A stretch of 63,729 bases of DNA, counting the filler, from Pelomyxa schiedti (Eukaryota; Protista; Evosea), in assembly GCA_020536535.1 (NCBI GenBank). It is 11 parts of 11 records of this genome, joined end to end, with 100 filler letters (N's around TTAATTAATTAA, not from the genome) between each part and the next. Parts side by side here need not be neighbours in the genome. Positions count along the whole stretch, not along the records: positions 9,277 to 17,029 come from JAHLWZ010000754.1; positions 17,130 to 25,410 come from JAHLWZ010001325.1; 9 more parts are not named here. One strand, 5' to 3'. The translations under genes were made by a program, and so were the position numbers. Shown one piece after another: positions 12,214 through 24,557 of this stretch (positions are counted from its first letter, which is position 1; each line of letters starts with the position of its first letter). The notes beneath the pieces were generated by a model. The model saw only the letters and a program-made list of their open reading frames with translations. It did not search any database and was not told the DNA's origin.

Positions 12214-15200
12214 ATGGCAACATCATCGTCGGCTACGGCAGTTTCGGCACAACAAGAACAGACGTGTGAAGGCGATGATGGCGCTGATAGTGTGACGTCG
12301 TCAATGACATCAATAGGCAGGTCCGTGCACTACAACGTTAACTTTTTTTTTCTTTTTAAATTTCATCTCCTTTCTCCTTTGGTTTAATGCCACTGTACTT
12401 ACTATCAGCTAATGAGAAAAATACTGCCTTGGAGATGAAGGTAGACACAACGTTAAATACAGGCCTGATGCAACTTACCGGGCTTTTTGCTTTTTGCAGT
12501 TGCGAGAGAAACAAAGTCAGCTGGCGTCTTTAGTAGAGAAAATTAATGACAACAAGGAGAGATGCGGGTATTCCTATTTTTTATGTGGCCTATCGATTCT
12601 TGGCTCATTGAATTTTTTTGTTAGATTCATGGTACAGCACACAAAGAACTTGGAAGCACAAATAACTTCATCTCAAACTCTCTTGGATATGAAAAAAGGG
12701 GCTGTGCTGGAGGAAACACGTAATGCCAAGCTGACAAAACGGCAAATAGAAAAGTTACAAATTGACATCTCAAATTGGAAAAAAGAGTACGCTGCCACTG
12801 AAGAAAAGGTAACCAAACGGAATGTGCCCCACTACTCAACCATACTCTCGCAGATAAGAATTCTGACTCTTCAGGAGCAGCAATCGCAAAACCAAATAGA
12901 CTCCTTTGCAACCACCAGGCAGTGTACAGAAGACCAAATTTCCAGGTGGGCTGAAGAGGAAAAAAAAAAAGATGAGGACATGCTCACTATCCTGAGGTAG
13001 TTCACTGGTTTAATTACAGATACTCATTTTTGGCAGGTACGCACACTCTGATAACTCAAAAATCAAGGAGTTCACTCTCGGCATTGAAAAGATGTCCCAA
13101 GAAATATCGTCAAAACAAAAAACTCTCGAAAAACATGAAACTGAAGCTCGGACATTGCAGATAGAAACTAATATTGCAAGACAACAATGCCGGTATGCTA
13201 AGCCAATTCTTTCTATTGACTCAGCCTGTATCAGTACTCTTCATCAAGAACACCAGCAATTAATTCGTCAATGCGAAGAGTCATTATCTTCCATTCAGGC
13301 ACGAAGTGAACAAACTGAAATGCTTCGGCAAGAATTGTCCGCCCTTGAAAAGAGTATCCAGCACAACACCCAAGTAAATTTCTTTCCTCTATGTTGAAGA
13401 TAACGCATCACTTTAAAGTTGCTTAAAGAGAAACAAGCTGCTCTCGAGAAGGATATTCTCAGTGGACAACACATCCAGAGTAAGATATCAGTTCGGGAAA
13501 GGTACTTTCTTATTTTATGTTTTTATGCTTTTATATCTCAAGTCCTGATAACTTAGCCAACTCAATAAACTACGACTCGCATTTGGTGCATCACACCAAA
13601 GACTACAACCGCTGCGTGACAAAATTGATACGCTGAAAATGACTCTGCAAGCTACAAAAGTAGCACAACAAACTCGAATGCAAGTATTCATTACCACACC
13701 ACATATATAGTATTTGCTAAAAGAATTAACCGTTTGTACCAGAGAAGAAGTTCAGTCCCTCAAAACGGAGATTACCGATCAAATGGAGTTGGTGGCAGCT
13801 GCTAGGGCAAAGCTAGATGCCACAAGAAATCGGGCCTCGCAAGAAGCCAATTGTACAAATTCCCACAAACAGGAAGCAGATAATGTAATTTATACCAGCA
13901 CCTCTCTTTAGAAGACCCTCAATGGCAATTGATAAAAATTTCAACAGGAAAGTGTTTTGCACCAGCAACAAGAGGATACCTTGAATCAACGAATAAAAGA
14001 GATTGTTTCTGCCAAACAAGAAATCCTGGCTTCTTCACAAGGTATTAACGCTCACCTTCATCCGTTTCTCATGATACCAAAGAGCTATCCCGTCTCAAAA
14101 GAGAGGAGACTCACTTAGTGTCTGAGCTGGAGTCAACAAAAGCTCAAGCTACGAATTTACAATCACGCATTGCTCAATATCCATTGAATGTTGATTTGTG
14201 CAATATAACGTTATTGTCCTTGACAATCACCCAAATTGGAAAAAGAGTTAGATCAAAAGCGGGACTCTGTGGATGACCTTGATCTTCGAGCACAGCAAAT
14301 CACTTTCACTTTATCACGAGTCCAAGGTTCTTTGCCAAGCACTCTTCCAATATTTCTAACTTAATCAGGGAAAATTACTGTCGAGGAGAAGACTTCCCTC
14401 ACATCCAAAGTTCAAACTCTGGAGCAAGAGTTGAGAAGAGAATCTGAGAAACTTCGATTGATATCAGAGCAGCAAAGTCATCTCACTTGCAACCTCAGGT
14501 AATAGCTTCGAATTTCATTTTCTCTTTGAAGTAAGTGAGTGCTAAGAAAAGCAAAGCGGAATGCCAGCCAGGGTACTATTGATCAAGAACAGCTCGCCAT
14601 TAAGCTCAGGACCATGCAGTCCGAAATTGAGAATGAAAAAAGATTGTGAGTATCTGAGAAAGTATTCCTCCCTATAACCTGTATCCCAGGATCCGGCAAA
14701 CTGTACAACGTAAAGAACGGCTTCAGGCACAGGAAAATACTGTTCGTTCTGATGTAAATCGTCTAAGCGATTTACTGTGGGGTCACACTAATGATGTATT
14801 CACAATGGAAAGTCTGAAGCAGCATCAAATCACCGAGATGGAAGCTGCAGTCCGAACATCCAACATGGAGGCTGAGACACTAAAGGTGAAACTACGAACA
14901 CTTCGTGAAGAAAAGCACACAAGGACCTTAGAACTGAAATCAAGAGAATCCAAGGTTCTCTGCACCAGTCATATTATTATTTTAATTCTCTCAGGTGAAG
15001 GCGCTGCAAAAGCGATATGAACTCCTCATTGGAAATATGGCAGATATGGACACGGTCGAACAACCAACACAGGAGTTTTTCCTTCAAAAATCGGAAGCAG
15101 AGAAACAACAACTGAAGCAAGAAGTTTCCACTCTGCTTACAGCAATTCAGAAAGCTGAAGCCGATGTGACTGGACTAGAAAAGACAATAGAATCTCTTTC

Positions 15201-16434
15201 TGTGCAAAATCAGAGGCAAGTATCTATGGCCATAGCACAACTAAATTTGCAAACACAGGTTGTTCAGCGCAAACTCAATGAGTATATTTTCTCCCCGAGA
15301 TTTAGAAGAAAAAAGTACTCTTGAGATGGTTTGAGATGCCCCAATTTAACCTTAAACGATGACTTGACCGTAAATTAGCAATTGGATACCACATCTGGTG
15401 CTCTGAATGCTGCAAAAGAAAAGCTCGAACCTTTACAGCGGCAATTTGAAAATATGTGCAGACAACACGGTTGCCTTTCCTCAGAAACCAGCCAGTAAGT
15501 TGTATTACCAAAAAAAACCCTTCCCTGATGTTACCATTCAGATTGCAGCAGCAGAATGGCAACCAAGAACACCAAATCACTCTTATTAATGCAGATCTTG
15601 GGGAACTTCAAGGTCAAGTCGCAAGAGCAAAACAAATGTTTTCAAGGTGAACAACACCACCGTTCTTTCATTGATTTGACCTTTTCTGGCAGAATTTCCG
15701 AAGACCAAAGAAAATCAAAGAAGAATTCCATCATAGAGAAGGAGTTTGAGGTTGCGTCCATTCAGCACCACCTTGACGAGATGCTTTTGCGGCTCTCCGA
15801 TTTTGCCCAAGAACATTCTGACCTCTCTGCGGTAACCGCTTTTTTATTCCCGCCAACACTGAATACATACATTCACAGTACCTCGCCGGCGAACTCGCGG
15901 CGCAACTTCAATTGCAATTGCCGGAACCACCATCATCACAACCACAAAGCCGGCCGTCTTCTGGGTCCACTGCACAAAGGTAATTGCCTTTATTCTTCCA
16001 GTAGTTAATTCCACACACAGTATAAAAACCAGTGCAAGAGGGAGGCCACAATCCCAACAACACACCACCACAACAGGAATAAACCGCAACAACAACACCG
16101 CATCACCACTCCATAGGCAAANNNNNNNNNNNNNNNNNNNNNNNNNNNNNNNNNNNNNNNNNNNNNNNNNNNNNNNNNNNNNNNNNNNNNNNNNNNNNNN
16201 NNNNNNNNNNNNNNNNNNNNNGTAGTTAATTCCACACACAGTATAAAAACCAGTGCAAGAGGGAGGCCACAATCCCAACAACACACCACCACAACAGGAA
16301 TAAACCGCAACAACAACACCGCATCACCACTCCATAGGCAAAACACACCCCAAAACCGGCAAACAAACACATCACACAGAGCAACCTCCACACCAACACC
16401 AACTCATTCTGCCCGCAACAATCGCCGTTCATAG
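12214..16434 (+). CDS. CCDC39: Coiled-coil domain-containing protein 39 (FAP59, axonemal 96-nm ruler)
   Basis: AEEEKKKDEDMLTILRYAHSDNSKIKEFTLGIEKM, HQEHQQLIRQCEESL and LQKRYELL..QKAEADVTGLEKTIESL are colinear with the corresponding CCDC39 segments as I recall them. Many short introns; N gap at 16122-16221. Confidence 0.85.
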
Positions 16435-16553
16435 ATAGATGACTTCCCGAACACCACCTTTCAACACACCACAATGTACATAATAATACATTTTCGTGGT
16501 ATATATTAATTGCCAGTTGCTTCTTTAAATACCAACAATCAGGACCCTGACCT

Positions 16554-17029
16554 TCAGCAAGAATAAGGCCTTGAGAGTGACACTGAACTTGTGGCACCCA
16601 CAATCCCGAACGACACTATGTTCATTCCCGTGAGTGCCTCGGTGCACGCAACCGTCCCATCATCGCACTTTGTGAACAGCAGGCCGGAGCCACCACCACC
16701 CCACACCCGCGTCCTGCACTCCCTCCACTCCACGACCATCCTGTTGGTCCCAGTCTCGAAGATTCCACTGGCCTGTGGGTTACTCTGGTGGTTCTGCCCG
16801 GGGCCGAGGTTGGTGCAGACTCCAAAGTGGGTGTCATCCACAGGCGAAACTCCAAACGCGCGAATGACGGTGCAGGCCCCAGAACTCACGCACTGGACAA
16901 CAGTGACTGGCTCGGTTGGGTAGGAGACCCACAGAATGACAAACAGGCCCTTGTGCCGGTCACCAAACACGTGGAACACGGTGGCTTGTGCCCACGGAGC
17001 GTACCGGGCTACACTGTGCTCAGTGGTGA
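16554..17029 (-). CDS. 3' part of an orphan protein (5' truncated by scaffold end)
   Basis: Reading frame is open from the scaffold edge (TTEHSVARYAPW..FHVFGDRHKGLFVILWVSYP..) to the stop at 16554. Confidence 0.55.
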
Positions 17030-17129
17030 NNNNNNNNNNNNNNNNNNNNNNNNNNNNNNNNNNNNNNNNNNNNTTAATTAATTAANNNNNNNNNNNNNNN
17101 NNNNNNNNNNNNNNNNNNNNNNNNNNNNN
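17030..17129. other. Artificial scaffold-join spacer
   Basis: N44-TTAATTAATTAA-N44. Confidence 0.98.
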
Positions 17130-18936
17130 AAGAAGAGAAACTGCAAGAACAAGTCTGCGTTGTAGAAATATCAAATCAGGAAATTGCTGCTGAGCAAAAG
17201 AAGGATCCAGAACTGAAGATACTTTCTGAAGTAGTCAAAGGCAATTATTCCGTATTGAAAGACATGCCTGAAGATAAACGCTTCAAATACATGGTTCAGA
17301 AAGATCTTTATCCTTGACCATGATACTTTATGGAAGGTACCTAAACCGGCTAAGTTAGTAAAACGAACTCCAAGATGGCGATTATGCATACCTAGAGGAA
17401 ACATCAAGCTCCGGTTGATGCAAAATCACCATGATGACTTAAAAGGTGGTGGTCATAGAAGTAGTGCCAAGATGTACATTGTTCTGTCCGAAAAATATTG
17501 GTGGCCAACTATGTTTCAAGACCTTAAAGAATGGGTCAAGAGCTGTCCTGAATGTCAGAAATTTCGAAAACACAAGCCAAGTTATCAACCAAAAAGTATA
17601 TTAGCTACTGAACCAAATGAGTATGTAGCTATTGACTTATGGGGACCATTTCCAGAAACCAAGTCCGGAAAGACACTTGGATGTGTTATGGTTGACTTGC
17701 ATACTAAAGCTGAAAACCTTGCGTAATAAGGAAGCTTCTACATTGGTAAGATGTATTGAGAAACATTGGATTGTTCCACAAGGAGGATTGAAATACCTGG
17801 TTTGTGATAGAGATTCTGCCTTTGTGAACGATCTAAATACCGAAATGTGTCGAAGCTGGGGTATACATCGCAATACCGTGACAGCTTATCATCCACAGTC
17901 AAATGGAGCTGCTGAGAATGCTGTCAAAAATGTAAAACATTGTGTGGAGAAATACATTGAGAAACATCCTACTGATTGGGATCAACAATTGCACTGGATA
18001 GAATTCGATATCAATACAACACCATCAGTTCTAACCGGTGAAACTCCTTTCTTTCTTGATCACATTAGAGATCCAAGAATACCCGTTAATACATTGTTAT
18101 TGGAGAATTATCCAATCGAGAAGAGTGACACTATGTCCAGAATGCAACAACAACTGCATGAGAGACAAATGATTCGAGCTATTGTACAAGAGCAACAGAT
18201 CATAGAAAAGTCAAAACAGCAGATAAAGATGCTATCACGCTTGAAGAAAGCAAGTGATAACTTAGATGTTGGTGTAAGAGTTTGGTTACAAATACCAATG
18301 ACAAGGCAACAATCTGGAAAGCCAAAATATACTGGACCATACAGAATTGTTGACAAGCCTCCTGAGTTGTATAGAACATTGACAGGACTACCTGAAGGGA
18401 TACACCCAGTAATTCATATTGATAGACTTAAACCATATCTGGATAGTGAGCTTAGAGTTAAAGCGGCTGAAGAAGAGCAAAAGTATTAGATACCGCAATA
18501 ACCAGTGATGAAACAAGAGAGAATTACATCAGCAAAGGTGATAGATGGAGGTTTGAAATTTAGAGTCAAATGGGAAGGATTGTCTATCAAGAATTCAACC
18601 TGGATGACAAAAGAAGAAGTCGATGCTAAGGTAATGGAAGTATATGAGAGAAAAGAGGCATACAAGAAGGCAAAGCAAGCCACTACGAGGAAACGGAAAC
18701 CGCCTGCCAATGCAAAAGCGAAACCAAAGATGCCGAAACGTGCGCGAGGTAAAACCCAACAAGTTGCTACGCGTAAACAACAAGTTGGAGACGGTATTCT
18801 AAACGCATCAGAACCGCAAGTAAAATCTCCAATATGCGTAACACCGACACCACCTCCGCCCGTATGGTCACAATTATTCCAGTTCGGCCAATTACCCACA
18901 AAGCGATCTACCAACCACGCCTATGAAAATATATAA
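17130..18936 (+). mobile_element. Degenerate Ty3/Gypsy pol 3' end: HHCC zinc finger, DDE integrase, GPY, chromodomain, basic tail
   Basis: HHDDLKGGGH..CPEC, VAIDLWGP, LVCDRDS, QSNGAAE, YTGPYRI, FRVKWEGLSIKNSTW. Frameshifts near 17303 and 17706; in-frame TAG (18487) and TAA (18499). Confidence 0.92.
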
Positions 18937-19105
18937 CAGCCACAAAGGCCGCCAACATTAATTGTTGGTACAGTTACCACTAATACTGTACGTATTTATT
19001 TATATAGGGTCACACACGAGCAGCAGCACCACCAGCACGTCAGCAACGATGACGAGGTCCGCTAATGTAATATTAATAATAATCAAAGCGCCAGTACCGC
19101 ACCCA

Positions 19106-21672
19106 ATGGCCCCTTGTTTGGTACAACAGCAGCAACGACAACAAATGGGACTTATGCCAACACCTTCCTGTATGAACTCCTCAACTGGTTACCCACTTTT
19201 GCCGTCAGGGGTTCCGGTATGATGCCAATGATGCCTATGATGGGGGGACTCCCTATGGGAATGATGGGTATGCCTGGTGGAATGCCAATGATGTTCCTGA
19301 TGGGTATGCAGGGAAAGCCAATGACTCCCGGCGGTACACCACCACCACCTCCTCCGCCTCCAGTTCCTCCACCTCCTTCACTCCCGCCGCCACCACCTCC
19401 TCCTCCTCCTGTGGTTTCTGTTGGTGGGTCACCTTTGGTCATCTCTGTTGTGTCTTCTCCTCCTGTTCCACCTGACAAGGCCAATATCAACCAACCTATC
19501 ACTGTTTATGTGGGCAAAATCGCGGCCAACTTGGAGGATGACTTCATGAGAGCCCTACTTGAGGTGAGTGCAATACATCCTTGATGACAGGATTATCTTA
19601 CTACTATCCAGCTTTGCGGTGTCGTTCGAACTTGGCGCCGAGTCGTTGATCCTGTCTCTGGGCAGATGAAGTGCTTTGGATTCTGTGAATTTGGACATGT
19701 TTTTAATTCTTTTGAACCAGTAACCCACAAGTGATAAAATGTGGTGTGTTTGTTTTTTATGTGGTCAATACTGTATATCCATTGCACCATCACACCATCT
19801 AAATCACCTAATGTTATCACATAACTCTACCTCTTCCCCACTTCATAACTATTTCACTGTCTAGATGTACTGCCAGCTTAAAGCAGATGAAAAAAATAGA
19901 GCTCTACTTGAAGAATATGTTGCCCGCCCTAAAGATAGTACTGAACTTCTTTTTGCAACTTCTTTGTAATCCCTGAAAACAGAAGCTGCTGTTGATGCAG
20001 AAGCTGCAGTTGAAGAAAAAATTAAGCAGAAGGTCAATGCTCTTGTTTATGAACGTGCACATCGGTTGGAAATTGCACATACCAATAAGACAGCTGCCGC
20101 GAACCTTGAAAAAGAGCTCATTGAGGTTTTTTCTATTGTCTTCCTTTGGTGTTAAAATAATTCAAAGAACTAATTCCCCAAAAGGGCAAATCTTCAGGGG
20201 TACTTTATCCATTGGAATCTTATTGTTAAAACTTCTTAGGAGCATGTTCGAGGCCCTCCTTCAACTGGTTACTCCATTTTTTCACGTATTGATAGATTCT
20301 AACTGACATAGAAATTGACAAAGATCAACTAGTTTCCAGAGAAATTCAGGCATTCAGAGAAAGAGCAAAGTGTGAAACCAAGACATCAAAACCTGAGTAT
20401 TAGTCCTCACCATAGTTTTGTTTTTTTCACAGTAATTAAATCAGCGGGGAGAAGGAAGAGGGGGAACGGGAATCATCAGATCGCAAACATGGACACTCAA
20501 GAGATAGGCGTGATAGAGACAGAGATAGGGACAGCGAACGGGATAGAGACAGAGATCGAGATAGATACTCAAGGCATCATAATAGGCAGTACAACAGACA
20601 GTCCGAAAGAGATAGAAGGTATCAACAAAAGCCTATCATCAAAATAATAAGCTGCAACCAGGAGTGACAGAAGGGCTCGTGACGACTCTAGGTATGCTTT
20701 TCCTCACGTAATTTCTTTAACTGACTCTATGTAGAGAAGAAAAATCCACCAAAGATTCAAGGTGAATTGCATTATTTGCCATTCACCTCTACTTAATTTC
20801 CTTCAGTTCTGCGGAGAAAAATACTACAGGATCAACAACACCTTCCACTTCCACCACAACCACAACAACGTCAGAGGCAAAGACAACGCCACAACATACT
20901 GACGAGGCAGCCCGGATCCGGCTTCAACAAAACGCGCGAAGTGGAGACTATGTCTCATTTGCTACAACTGGTATGGAGAAATTACACAGGCACTGTAGAA
21001 AACTTAATGACAAATAGAAATCCTTGAATTCTTCCGAAAGGGCTTGGGGTTCACACTGGGTGCAGCAAATGTACCTGCCAAGCGCATACAACCTGTTATG
21101 CTGGGTTCAATGACGATTATGTAGATTATGATGCAGCTTTGTCCGGACCTGTTGCAAAAAGAAAGCGCGAGCTGATACGAGTTGATTGTCCACCACCTTT
21201 TCACTTTCTTAATTGCTTCTAGTTGGACGACTCAAATGTTCCACCGCAAGGTGACACTATAGCGCAGCTGATAAACAGTATACCTACCGATAAAGAAGAA
21301 CTAATGAAGTATCCCATCAACTATTGGGCCATAGTAGAACAGGTTGACCTGTAAATTGAAATACTGGAGTTAACGGGGAATTACAGCACCAAATTATCGA
21401 CAAAAGAATTAAACCATGGGTTGCTAATAAGAAAATTGTGGAATATCTTGGAGAAGAGGAAGATACTTTAATGGAATTTGTAATTGGTGAGCAACCAAAA
21501 TCCGACAAACAACACTAACAAACATTGAATTATAAAAGGGAAACTCCAAGAGCACACTACATGCGAGTCTCTCCTAGAACATCTCATATCCAGTGCACTA
21601 ACTGATGAAGCGGAAATGTTTGTCATCAAGCTATGGGGATGCTAATATTTGAATACCTTCGAATATAGTCGC
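19106..21672 (+). pseudogene. RBM25: RBM25/Snu71-like splicing factor (RRM, RE/RD region, PWI) with lesions
   Basis: TVYVGKIAANLEDDFMRALLE|LCGVVRTWRRVVDP..FGFCEF, (RD)n tract, PWI RIKPWVANKKIVEYLGEEE..EAEMFVIKLW. -1 frameshifts near 19218 and 21647; RRM helix-2 coding segment not found. Confidence 0.75.
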
Positions 21673-21950
21673 TAAACCGAAATCCTCCCCAACTCTACAC
21701 CCTAAACAAAACCACACACACATTTCCACAAGCCGCATATATATCCTCTCACACAAACCACCCTCTCTTTCCACACACACACACACCGTACCCTCCTCGA
21801 TGATACCCTTTTCCAGTAAATCGATTCCAAAAAAGAACCAACTTTGCAACAACAAGTACGATTGGAAAAAATGGCCGGAACGACGCCAACTCCCGCAATA
21901 GAAAGAGTGTGTTTATGCTCCACCACTTCTTAATACACAAAGTCAACATA

Positions 21951-23812
21951 ATGGCATTGGCAAATACTAACTGCAATTGCATCGGCGGTGGTGGTGGTTG
22001 TGGGTTGCGGCCTCTTGTAAAGTCCGGGACGTGGTTCCAGTATGTGACGGGATCGGTTGAGAAACAACTTGGGACGAGTGACGGCGGTAAGTGCAAGTGC
22101 GAAGTGTGTTTGGCTCCAGCTTATCACCCTGTTATACATGAATGTACCGCTTGGTTCTGCTTCTCGTGTTCAAATGTACACCCTGTCATCTCTAGCATTT
22201 TGCCGCAATGCGGTACTTACTTATTTGGTTTGGTGCAGAGAGTGACGTGCCCTGTATGTGAAGAACCAATGGAGGGCAATGTAAAATCAGTGGCAATTAA
22301 GCCATTGCTTGCAAAGTTGAGTGCAATTGAAGTTCACTGCCCTGTATGCAAAGTAGCGATTGTAAAGAGGGACTTACTTGATTCGCACATGTGGGAGTGT
22401 CCAATTGGTGTGTCTTTGTACTTCCAGTCATTCCCAAGCTTTAACTGTGAATGTAACAGAGTGCCCTAAAAATTGTGGAATGGAAATACCACCAAAGAAC
22501 CAAACTGAGCATGAAAAAACTGATTGCTTGAGTGTACTTGTTGAATGTGACCTTTGCCATGAGTATGTGACAAGAAAGTCTATCAAAGATCTTTCCCACA
22601 AACAGTTGGATTGCCCTATAGGTACCTCCCTTACTTTTTCCTTTTTTTGACCCAAAAAAAAAAAAAAAAGTGTGCCCAAAGGGATGCGGCATCAAAGTGA
22701 AACCAAGCCAAATGGAACACCATAGTTCCACATGTACCCACGAATTGGTGAATTGCTCTGCACAGCAGTTTTGCACATGGTCTGGGCGTAGATGTGACCT
22801 CGTTGACCACACGGAGTCATGCGTATTTGTTAAAATGAACACTGTGCTTCTGTCCCTCACACATCAGAACGCAACTCTGGCAACAAGAAGCAGTCAATTG
22901 GAATTGAGAGTGAGCGAATTGACAAAAGAAACGCAGCAGCTGAAAGCACAACTTCTACTGATGGCACCCATCAACTTTACACCATGCGATCATGGCCCAA
23001 AAGGAAGAATTCTACATTGGGTTGTTCCTTTTGGTGGGACATACAGGATCACTGCTTATGGTGCAAGTGGTGGAAACACTGACAAGCCACCTGGCCTTGG
23101 TGGACTGGGTGCTTTTGTATCATCAATTGTGATACTGGAGGGAGGGAAAACAATCAACATCATGGTTGGCCAAGAAGGTGAATGGAAAGAGCACACAGGA
23201 GGAGGAGGTGGTGGTACATTTGTGTGGGAGGACGGTGTGACGCTCACAGATGCATCGCCACCAACAACAACAGTACCTGGCATGCTTTTGATTTGTGCTG
23301 GAGGAGGTGGTGGTGCCAGTGTTAGTACCGATGATGAGTCGGACCTGGGAAGTGGAATGGATGCTAGTGTGACACCAAATGGCACACATGGCCATGGGCG
23401 AACAAGTGGAGGTGGTACAGATGGCCAAGGTGGGCAGCCAAGCAGTAACACTCCCTGGTCTGGGGGTGGTGCTGGTTGGCTTTCAGATGGGTGCTATGCC
23501 AAACCTACATCTAAATACAATGCGGCACGTGGAGGGTGCTCACCACTGAATGGTGGCCGTGGCGGGAAGCGTGGCACATATGGGTACCACACACAGTCCA
23601 AATTGACAAATGGCAGTGGTGGGTTTGGGGGTGGAGGAGGGGCACAAGTTGGAGCAGGAGGAGGTGGTGGTGGAGGGTTCAGTGGAGGTGGTCCCGCAAG
23701 CGGCGGTGGGGGAGGTGGTGGAGGAGGATCATTTTCCAGCTACCCCATGCCGTGCCTAGGCTTGAATACAAAACACGAGCACGGACATGTCGAGATTCTA
23801 AGATTGGGCTAG
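21951..23812 (+). CDS. RING-like + TRAF-type zinc fingers + coiled coil + ALK/LTK-type glycine-rich domain
   Basis: CEVC..HECTAWFCFSC..CPVC; repeated C-x3-C..H-x3-C fingers; then GTYRITAYGASGG..IMVGQEG..LLICAGGGGGAS..GGFGGGGG..GGGGSFS..HGHVEI. An upstream mini-exon from ATG 21871 is possible. Confidence 0.85.
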
Positions 23813-24043
23813 AGTCCAAGATAGATACTAGATAAAAAAAACATGACTGCGACGAACACGGTGCTACTCACAACGAGTTGTCGTCGTAGCGACTTGATGA
23901 CTTCCCGAAAAAGGGAATCACGGTGTAGGGCAGTACTACAGGGGTGCCGTGTTCAAGTTCTGGGTCACTTTCCCTGGTTGGTTTTGCCTGCCACAGAAAA
24001 AGAAAGACAGAAATTTGTTTGTTTTCAAAACGGAGGAAGCACG

Positions 24044-24466
24044 ATGACCACCAGCATCACTTGTTGTGTTTCGGCCATAAGGAACGAGCGGGACGGCGGT
24101 GGCGTGAGCGACATCGTGAGACTGAATGTTGGTGGTCGCGTGTTCGCCACAACGAGGACGACACTCACGATGATGACGATGGGATCCGAGTCGCCGCCGT
24201 CGTCGTCGTTCTTCACTGTCCTGCTCTCGGGGAAATTCACGAGCACAATGTATGCAATGGCACACTTAATTCTCAAACAACACACTGACACTTCTCTCTC
24301 TCTCTCAATTACATCGAAAACAAACACAAACACAAACCAAAGGGATGAAACAGGAGCATTCTTCATTGACAGGGATGGGGACTTGTTTGCACCCATCCTG
24401 AATTTCATGAGGACTGGAAAGCTGTTTGTGCCACCGAGTGTAAACCCTGATGCAGTTTACAATTAA
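24044..24466 (+). CDS. BTB/POZ (KCTD/T1-type) domain
   Basis: [46 protein letters not shown]. Ends at an in-frame TAA where the last BTB helix is expected; probably once spliced to the MORN ORF. Confidence 0.85.
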   Translation: MTTSITCCVSAIRNERDGGGVSDIVRLNVGGRVFATTRTTLTMMTMGSESPPSSSFFTVLLSGKFTSTMYAMAHLILKQHTDTSLSLSITSKTNTNTNQRDETGAFFIDRDGDLFAPILNFMRTGKLFVPPSVNPDAVYN

Positions 24467-24557
24467 ATGTGAGTTATGTTGTTGGTAGCCAATACCGTCT
24501 TTTAAACAAACTGTGATTGTTCTTCAACCAACTCTGTGAAAAAACAAAAGTTTGTAG

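Noticed and set aside
13440-13465. ATATCCTT/GTATCCTT-like U12 donor matches (also near 37386 and 59901)
   Set aside because: All lie on the strand opposite the host gene, so they are not U12-type introns.
23056-23835. Long alternative-frame and antisense ORFs over Gly-rich, MORN, Sel1 and Pro-rich genes (also 24474-25289, 36486-37058, 61608-62330)
   Set aside because: These are shadows of GC-rich or low-complexity coding sequence on the real strand; they show no independent motifs.
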